Shown: one piece after another, positions 58,093-64,000 of the stretch | Layout of the letters: each line of letters begins with the position of its first letter | Numbering within the stretch: position 1 is the stretch's first letter | Source: an uncultured Clostridiaceae bacterium | GTDB taxonomy: Bacteria; Bacillota; Clostridia; Lachnospirales; Lachnospiraceae | Direction: 5' to 3' | Length of the DNA: 64,000 bases | Assembly: GCA_937890595.1 (NCBI GenBank) | Contig: CALADM010000014.1 | Location: forward strand, 15,082-79,081 | Program-made: the position numbers and the translations under genes | The notes under the pieces: generated by a model | Databases searched by the model: none | Seen by the model: only the letters and a program-made list of their open reading frames with translations | Told to the model about the DNA's origin: nothing

Positions 58093-60652
58093 TGTGACGA
58101 TTAATGGAAAAGAGGTTACAGTAGACGCAGAACGTAAGCTGATGGATGTCCTGCGCAATGATTGTAAGTTAAAGTCAGTCAAAGATGGGTGCAGCGAGGG
58201 GGCATGCGGCACTTGTACTGTTTTGATTGATGGAAAACCAACAAAATCCTGTGTGCAAAAGATGGGAAAACTGGCTGGAAAATCTATTGTGACAGTAGAA
58301 GGGTTTTCTGACTATGAAAAAGAAGTGTATGTATATGCATTTGGAGAAGCGGGAGCAGTACAGTGTGGTTTCTGTATTCCGGGTATGGTGATCTGTGCAA
58401 AAGGGCTGCTGGATGTGAACCCAAATCCAACTAGGATCGAGGCAGCATATGCGCTTCGAAATAATTATTGCAGATGTACAGGATATAAGAAGATCACCGA
58501 TGCCATTTTGCTTGCGGCTGCCATTTTCCGAGGGGAAGTGCAGATGCAGAGTCAGGATGAAAAGGTGAAAGTCGGTTCTTTGATCCATAGGATTGATGTA
58601 CCCGGAAAAGTGCTTGGATACGGCGAATATGTGGATGATGTGGAATTGCCAGGAATGATCTATGCGAGTGCGGTCAGAAGTAAATATCCCCGTGCCAGAG
58701 TGCTGGCGATCCACACAGAAAAAGCAAAGGCATTAGATGGTGTAATCTGTGTTCTTACTGCAGAAGACGTGCCCGGTAAAAATAAAGTAGGACATTTAAA
58801 ACATGACTGGGATACGTTTATTGGAGTGGGAGAGATCACACGTTATCTTGGGGATACGATTTGTATTGTAGCAGCAGAGACAACCGAGATTCTGGAAAAG
58901 GCAAAAGAATTGGTCGAGGTGGAGTATGAGCCTCTTCAACCGATGACATGTCCAGAGGATTCTTTAAAGGAAGATGCTCCAATCCTTCATGAAGGCGGAA
59001 ATATCCTTAGTCACGAACATCTGGTGAGAGGCAATGCAGATGAGGTGATCGCAAAATCCAAATATAAAGTGACAAAGCATTATGAGACCCCTTGGACAGA
59101 ACATGCATTTTTAGAGCCGGAAGCTGCGGTTGCCATGCCATTTGATGATGGAATTTTTATCTATTCTTCTGATCAGGGAACATATGATACAAGAAATGAG
59201 TGTTCTATTCTTTTGGGATTGCCGCCAGAAAAAGTGATTGTGGAAAATAAACTGGTTGGTGGTGGCTTTGGAGGAAAAGAAGATGTGACAGTACAGCACC
59301 ATGCTGCTCTTGTGGCATATCTTACAAAAAGACCAGTGAAAGTCAAATTGACCCGTAAGGAAAGTCTGATTGTACATCCAAAGCGCCATCCGATGAGCAT
59401 TACATTGACAACAGCATGTGATGAGAATGGATATCTGACTGCGATGAAGGCAGTTGTTGTTGCAGATACTGGTGCGTATGCTTCACTTGGAGGACCAGTT
59501 CTTCAAAGAGCATGTACTCACGCAGCAGGTCCATATAATTATCAGGTGATTGACATTGATGGAATGGCAGTTTATACAAACAATCCACCAGCAGGTGCAT
59601 TTAGAGGATTTGGGGTGACACAGACGTGTTTTGCAACAGAATGTAACCTGAATCTTCTGGCAGAAATGGTTGGGATGGATCCGTGGCAGTTCCGCTATCT
59701 GAATGCGATACGTCCAGGGCAGGTACTTCCAAACGGACAGATCGCGGATGCGTCTACTGGTCTTGCAGAGACTCTGGAAGCGGTAAAAGATGTTTTCTAT
59801 TCCAGTCCCTATGCAGGTATCGCATGTGCGATGAAAAATGCAGGGGTTGGCGTGGGATTAAAGGATATGGGGCGATGCCGTTTGATCGTGGAAGATGGAA
59901 AAATCCATATCCATGCTGGGGCATCCTGTATTGGACAGGGGCTTGGAACGGTGCTGACACAGATTGTCTGTGAAGGAACACAGCTTCCTTTAGACCGTGT
60001 TGTATATCATAATCCAAATACATCTATGGCACCGGATTCCGGAACAACTTCCGGCTCAAGGCAGACTCTGATCACAGGAGAGGCAACAAGACGTGCCTGC
60101 GAACAGCTGATGCAGACAGCAAAGGAAGAAGGCAGAATTGAAAAACTGGAAGGCAGAGAATTCTGTGCAGAGTACTATGCTAAGACAGACAAGATGGGAG
60201 CAGATGTGCCAAATCCGGTTTCCCATGTAGCGTATGGATATGCGACACAGGTATGTGTGCTGAATGAGGATGGAACGATCCAAAAAGTGACAGCAGCACA
60301 TGATGTGGGAAAGGCAGTCAATCCAAAGAGTGTGGAAGGACAGATTGAGGGCGGTGTGGTCATGTCACTGGGGTATGCGTTGACAGAACAATATCCGCTT
60401 GTAAATTGTGTGCCAACAGCAAAGTATGGAACATTGGGATTATTCCGTGCGGATAAAACACCGGATGTTGAGAGTATCATAGTAGAAAAACCGGGAATTG
60501 GTGTAGGATATGGAGCGATTGGAATTGGTGAGATCACATCTATTCCGACAGCACCAGCGGTTCAGGGAGCATATTATCGTTTGGATCGGACATTCAGGAC
60601 AGAACTTCCACTTGCAGATACACCATATGCAAAGAAAACAGTGAAAAAATAA
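58076..60652 (+). CDS. xdhD: Selenium-dependent-type molybdenum hydroxylase with a fused N-terminal [2Fe-2S] domain (XdhD-like)
   Basis: CSEGACGTCTV and QCGFCIPG...CRCTGY Fe-S motifs fused to an aldehyde-oxidase/xanthine-dehydrogenase MoCo domain (GGGFGGKED, GQGLGT). SD GGAGGG. Confidence 0.85.
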   Translation: MISLCSVTINGKEVTVDAERKLMDVLRNDCKLKSVKDGCSEGACGTCTVLIDGKPTKSCVQKMGKLAGKSIVTVEGFSDYEKEVYVYAFGEAGAVQCGFCIPGMVICAKGLLDVNPNPTRIEAAYALRNNYCRCTGYKKITDAILLAAAIFRGEVQMQSQDEKVKVGSLIHRIDVPGKVLGYGEYVDDVELPGMIYASAVRSKYPRARVLAIHTEKAKALDGVICVLTAEDVPGKNKVGHLKHDWDTFIGVGEITRYLGDTICIVAAETTEILEKAKELVEVEYEPLQPMTCPEDSLKEDAPILHEGGNILSHEHLVRGNADEVIAKSKYKVTKHYETPWTEHAFLEPEAAVAMPFDDGIFIYSSDQGTYDTRNECSILLGLPPEKVIVENKLVGGGFGGKEDVTVQHHAALVAYLTKRPVKVKLTRKESLIVHPKRHPMSITLTTACDENGYLTAMKAVVVADTGAYASLGGPVLQRACTHAAGPYNYQVIDIDGMAVYTNNPPAGAFRGFGVTQTCFATECNLNLLAEMVGMDPWQFRYLNAIRPGQVLPNGQIADASTGLAETLEAVKDVFYSSPYAGIACAMKNAGVGVGLKDMGRCRLIVEDGKIHIHAGASCIGQGLGTVLTQIVCEGTQLPLDRVVYHNPNTSMAPDSGTTSGSRQTLITGEATRRACEQLMQTAKEEGRIEKLEGREFCAEYYAKTDKMGADVPNPVSHVAYGYATQVCVLNEDGTIQKVTAAHDVGKAVNPKSVEGQIEGGVVMSLGYALTEQYPLVNCVPTAKYGTLGLFRADKTPDVESIIVEKPGIGVGYGAIGIGEITSIPTAPAVQGAYYRLDRTFRTELPLADTPYAKKTVKK

Positions 60653-60666
60653 GCATATAACACAGA

Positions 60667-60708
60667 GGGGAATGCCGCATGGATCAAGACAAAGCGGGAT
60701 TCCCTTTT
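60667..60708 (+). terminator. Rho-independent terminator after the xdhD-like gene
   Basis: GGGGAATGCCGC / GCGGGATTCCC stem (one mismatch) followed by TTTT. Confidence 0.65.
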
Positions 60709-60757
60709 GGCGTGTTGCAGAGGAATAGAAAGTATAGCAAAGATGACAGCGGGATGG

Positions 60758-60841
60758 AAAGAATATAAAGAATACAAAGAATATAAAGAATACAAACAGT
60801 ACAAAAAGTACAAACAACACAAAGAATATAAACAGTACAAA
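60758..60841 (+). repeat. 9-bp tandem repeat, ~9.3 units of AAAGAATAY and variants
   Basis: Read directly: AAAGAATAT AAAGAATAC AAAGAATAT AAAGAATAC AAACAGTAC AAAAAGTAC AAACAACAC AAAGAATAT AAACAGTAC AAA. Confidence 0.9.
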
Positions 60842-60898
60842 TAATGTAAAAAAGAACAGGAAGAAGAAAAATAAAGAAATAGAGAAAGGAAAGAAAAT

Positions 60899-62275
60899 AT
60901 GGATATATTGATTCAGAATGGAACGATTGTGAATGGAAATGGATGCAGAAAAGCGGATCTTCTGATAAAGGATGGAGTGATCGCAAAAATCGGGGCATCC
61001 CTTCAGGAGGAGAAAGCCGAAGTGGTAAATGCAGAGGGAATGTTGATCTTTCCCGGATTTATTGATGCCCATACACATTTTGACCTCCATGTAGCAGGCA
61101 CAGTGACAGCAGATGATTTTAAAACAGGAACGCAGGCAGCAGTCCGTGGCGGAACGACCATGGTGATCGATTTTGGAACACAGTATCATGGGGAGACGCT
61201 GCAGCAAGGTCTTGAAAACTGGCATGAAAAGGCAGACGGAAAGTGTTCCTGTGATTATAGTTTTCATATGTCTATTTCGGAATGGAATGAAGAAGTCAGT
61301 CAGGAATTGGATTTTATGATGGAACAGGGGATCACCTCTTTTAAATTGTATATGACATATCCAGATATGATGGTAGATGACAAAGCATTTTATCAGATAT
61401 TAAAACGATTCAAAGAGATTGGTGGGATTACCGGGGTGCATTGTGAAAATAGTGGAATGATCGATGCCATGCGGGAGGAAAGGATAAAAAAAGGAGAGAT
61501 GGGAGTAGACAGTCATCCGATTACCCGTCCGGTACAGGCGGAAGCAGAGGCGATAGACAGACTTCTTCGCATTGCAGAAGTTGTGGATGTACCTGTTGTA
61601 GTAGTACATTTGACATGTAAAGAAGGGCTTAGGGTAATACAGGAGGCAAGAAAGAGGGGACAGATGGTATATGTAGAGACGTGTCCACAGTATCTTTTGA
61701 TGGATGAATCTTTGTATCATCTTCCCGATTTTGAGGGGGAAAAATATGTGATCGCACCTCCGCTTCGCACAAAAGAAGACCAGAAAGCACTCTGGGACGC
61801 TTTAGCATCCGGTGAAATCCAAACAGTATCAACAGATCACTGTAGTTTTACCACAGAACAGAAAAAATTAGGAGAACATGACTTTACAAAGATCCCGGGA
61901 GGAATGCCGGGGGTTGAAACAAGAGGTGTTCTTTTGTATACTTATGGGGTAGAAAAAGGGCGTATTTCTCTGGAGCAAATGTGTCAGGTTTTGTCAGAAA
62001 ATCCTGCAAAATTATATGGTCTGTATCCACAAAAAGGATGTATCGAAGTGGGAAGCGACGCAGATCTGGTGCTGCTGCGTTCGGGAGTAAAGGATACAAT
62101 AACAGCAGACGATCAGCTGCAAAATGTAGACTATGCACCTTTTGAGGGGACAGAAGTGACTGGTAGGATTGAGACTGTGTTCCTGCGTGGACAGAAAGTT
62201 GTAGAGAACCATCAGCTTATAAAAGAAAATCAGGGGAAATTTATCAAACGAAAAAGAAATATGCTTTTAAATTAG
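60899..62275 (+). CDS. hyuA: D-hydantoinase/dihydropyrimidinase family cyclic amidohydrolase (HyuA/YgeZ-like)
   Basis: PGFIDAHTHFDL metal motif, a carboxylated-Lys region (SFKLYMTY), VHCEN, and DH at ~315. Confidence 0.85.
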   Translation: MDILIQNGTIVNGNGCRKADLLIKDGVIAKIGASLQEEKAEVVNAEGMLIFPGFIDAHTHFDLHVAGTVTADDFKTGTQAAVRGGTTMVIDFGTQYHGETLQQGLENWHEKADGKCSCDYSFHMSISEWNEEVSQELDFMMEQGITSFKLYMTYPDMMVDDKAFYQILKRFKEIGGITGVHCENSGMIDAMREERIKKGEMGVDSHPITRPVQAEAEAIDRLLRIAEVVDVPVVVVHLTCKEGLRVIQEARKRGQMVYVETCPQYLLMDESLYHLPDFEGEKYVIAPPLRTKEDQKALWDALASGEIQTVSTDHCSFTTEQKKLGEHDFTKIPGGMPGVETRGVLLYTYGVEKGRISLEQMCQVLSENPAKLYGLYPQKGCIEVGSDADLVLLRSGVKDTITADDQLQNVDYAPFEGTEVTGRIETVFLRGQKVVENHQLIKENQGKFIKRKRNMLLN

Positions 62276-62368
62276 AAAAAATTTACCATACTATTTGATT
62301 TTAAGAAAGGGGAAAGGGCATTTTTTGCCACTGAGAAAAGATGTGTGGAGCTGTGCCTAAGTGAATAT

Positions 62369-63400
62369 ATGAGACAGGAAGAACAGGAGATTGTTTTTTG
62401 CAGAGGTGGCGGATGCACTGCAAAATTAGGACCCGATGCACTTAGACGGGTTCTGGAAAAAATCCCAAAAGTAAAAGATGAAAATTTGTTGATCGGATAT
62501 GAAAGTTCAGATGATGCAGCGGTGTATAAACTGACAGACGACCTTGCCATTGTGCAGACATTGGACTTCTTTCCTCCTATGGTGGAAGATCCTTATATAT
62601 TTGGACAGATTGCGGCAGCAAATGCGCTGAGTGATATCTATGCAATGGGTGGTGATGTCAAGACAGCGATGAATATTGTATGTTTTCCAGAGGCGATGGA
62701 TCTGAATATTTTGGGAAAAATCCTTTTGGGTGGCAGTGAAAAAGTAAGGGAAGCAGGAGGTGTGCTGGCAGGAGGACATTCCATTGCGGATGACAGTGTG
62801 AAATATGGGTTGTCTGTAACCGGAACGATCCATCCAGATAAAGTATTTGCCAATACAGGATGTAGAGAAGGGGATGCACTGATCCTGACAAAACCACTTG
62901 GTGTAGGGATTGTCTGCACTGCTTCTAGACTCCATGAGGCATCGGATGAGGCAATGGATCTTGCCATCCGATCTATGAGCACACTGAACAAATATGCATC
63001 TGAAATTGTGAGAAAGTATCGGACACATGGATGTACAGACGTGACAGGCTTTGGATTTCTTGTCCATCTGTGTGAAATGTTAGGAGAACAGTTCAGCGCA
63101 CAGATCTGGAAAGATGCTATTCCATATATACCAGAGTGTGAGGAGTATGTGGAAGAATTTTATCTGACAGCAGCAGGTCAGAGAAACCGCAATCATGTGC
63201 AGGATAAAGTGCGATTTGAAGATTGTTCTTTTGCTATAGAAGAAATTTTATTTGATGCACAGACATCCGGAGGGCTTTTGGTCAGTATGCAGCAAGAAGA
63301 TGCAGCCTCTGCTTTGGAAGAATTAAAACAATTGGGATTGCCGTGTGCGATTGTGGGCAAAGTGGTAAAGAAAACGGACAGATCAGTTATAGTCTCTTAA
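62369..63400 (+). CDS. selD: Selenide, water dikinase (selenophosphate synthetase), Cys-type
   Basis: N-terminal [10 protein letters not shown] (Cys/Lys active-site loop) and an AIR-synthase-like fold (DDAAVY, DFFPP, GGHSI). The start is uncertain: ATG at 62369 or in-frame GTG at 62345. Confidence 0.85.
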   Translation: MRQEEQEIVFCRGGGCTAKLGPDALRRVLEKIPKVKDENLLIGYESSDDAAVYKLTDDLAIVQTLDFFPPMVEDPYIFGQIAAANALSDIYAMGGDVKTAMNIVCFPEAMDLNILGKILLGGSEKVREAGGVLAGGHSIADDSVKYGLSVTGTIHPDKVFANTGCREGDALILTKPLGVGIVCTASRLHEASDEAMDLAIRSMSTLNKYASEIVRKYRTHGCTDVTGFGFLVHLCEMLGEQFSAQIWKDAIPYIPECEEYVEEFYLTAAGQRNRNHVQDKVRFEDCSFAIEEILFDAQTSGGLLVSMQQEDAASALEELKQLGLPCAIVGKVVKKTDRSVIVS

Positions 63401-63522
63401 TATACAAAATGGTAAGAAAGTACAGGGAGTTGTTTGGGAAACAGAAAACAGCATCAGTTACTCACGACCTAAAGTTTATGGGCATGTAGCTGCCTAGTCA
63501 TAATGAAAGGAACAGACTGCAA

Positions 63523-64000
63523 ATGACTGTGGAAATAAAAGGTGAGATGAAGAGTTGCCTGAAGCCATTGTTTTTAGGATGGGAAGAAACCATGATAAAT
63601 AGCTGTCTTCAGGGATATATGGGGAGAGCTTTTGCCAATGCAGAACAGATGCCCGAATCTGGGATGTTGTGTGTGGGAGATTTTTATTTTCTTTCCGGAA
63701 CTCCAAATGAGGATCTTGTAAGAACGATCAGAAAGATTGCAGGAGAAACCGCTTTGGTGATACCAAGAGAGAAGGAATGGGAATCTTTGATCTGTGAGAT
63801 CTTGCCGGAGGCAGAAGAGACATTGCGCTATGCTTTAAAGAAAAATAGAAACAGTTTTTGCATAGAAAAGCTGGAGAAACTGGTAAAAGATCTGCCGGAT
63901 GGTTTTTACATACAGCCAATCGATGAGGAGTTATATCAGCGGTGTTTGATGCAGGAATGGTCAAGGGATTTTGTCAGTCTTTTTCGGAATGACAAACAGT
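63523..64000 (+). CDS. Hypothetical protein, possibly a PF12746-type GNAT acetyltransferase; 3' end cut by the window (not in the ORF track)
   Basis: My translation from the ATG at 63523 is open to the window end (MTVEIKGEMKSCLKPLFLGWEETMINSCLQGYMGRAFANAEQ...GDFYFLSG...). The SD is weak. The family call is from memory of the N-terminal pattern. Confidence 0.45.
   Translation, partial: MTVEIKGEMKSCLKPLFLGWEETMINSCLQGYMGRAFANAEQMPESGMLCVGDFYFLSGTPNEDLVRTIRKIAGETALVIPREKEWESLICEILPEAEETLRYALKKNRNSFCIEKLEKLVKDLPDGFYIQPIDEELYQRCLMQEWSRDFVSLFRNDKQ

Noticed and set aside
60758-60841. CRISPR array or other spacer-repeat structure
   Set aside because: The units are 9 bp and directly abutting with no spacers, and no cas genes lie nearby. 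This is a simple tandem repeat.
60440-61267. 275-aa minus-strand ORF with long F/L/V/I runs spanning the intergenic repeat and the start of the hydantoinase gene
   Set aside because: Its Phe/Leu-rich runs are simply the complement of the A-rich 9-bp repeat. It overlaps two well-supported plus-strand genes.
62341-62364. ATG...TGA mini-frame (MCGAVPK-TGA) just upstream of selD as a possible Sec-containing SelD N-terminus
   Set aside because: It is in a different frame from the SelD body, and downstream of the TGA that frame reads nonsense. The SelD active-site loop is encoded with Cys (GGGCTAK) in the main frame.
1-64000. Window-wide search for defence systems, toxin-antitoxin pairs, mobile elements, prophage remnants and integrase-flanked islands
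   Set aside because: No nuclease, helicase, methylase, TIR, SIR2-effector, Cas or integrase-type gene neighbourhoods were recognised. The only Sir2-family gene is a short CobB-type deacylase with a Zn ribbon in a housekeeping context.

Overview
Chromosomal window from a Firmicute. Gene content and order look Clostridia/Lachnospiraceae-like (DUF951-rpsF-ssb-rpsR; gdpP-rplI-dnaB). I found no transposase, integrase, phage, CRISPR, rRNA/tRNA or recognisable defence genes, so this is core or metabolic DNA rather than an obvious accessory island. Left third (1-24 kb): a sugar-uptake lipoprotein, a large YetA-like protein and an SGNH esterase; lgt; a GldA/F/G-like ABC system with DUF4340; lysC; a Sir2 deacylase; a YghZ-like aldo-keto reductase; the S6-SSB-S18 operon; a polar amino-acid ABC transporter; a ~1355-codon GH31 glycosidase gene interrupted by two in-frame stop codons; and hsp20 with a CIRCE-like operator. 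Middle (24-37.5 kb): GNAT, MFS, gdpP-rplI-dnaB, MerR, a C26 amidotransferase, and a pfl operon. In that operon pyruvate formate-lyase is split: a 686-aa core lacks the glycyl-radical domain, an 88-codon ORF starts like a copy of that domain, and the radical domain is encoded as a separate 80-aa GrcA-like ORF. pflA and a 56-aa ferredoxin missing from the ORF track follow. Right part (37.7-63.4 kb): a ~26 kb anaerobic purine/urate catabolism region. It starts with a guanine-type purine riboswitch, guaD, a purine permease and xdhABC. It continues with the selenium-associated gene set: NAT permease, arcC, ridA, ygeW, ygeY, ygeX/dpaL, a YheO-like regulator, ssnA, ygfK, DUF3343, an xdhD-like hydroxylase, a hydantoinase and selD. 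A 9-bp tandem repeat that can be read as a (Lys-Glu/Gln-Tyr)n micro-ORF lies inside this region. The most unusual signal is the split PFL with its decoy-like middle ORF. All functional calls rest on motif and memory-based recognition and need database confirmation.
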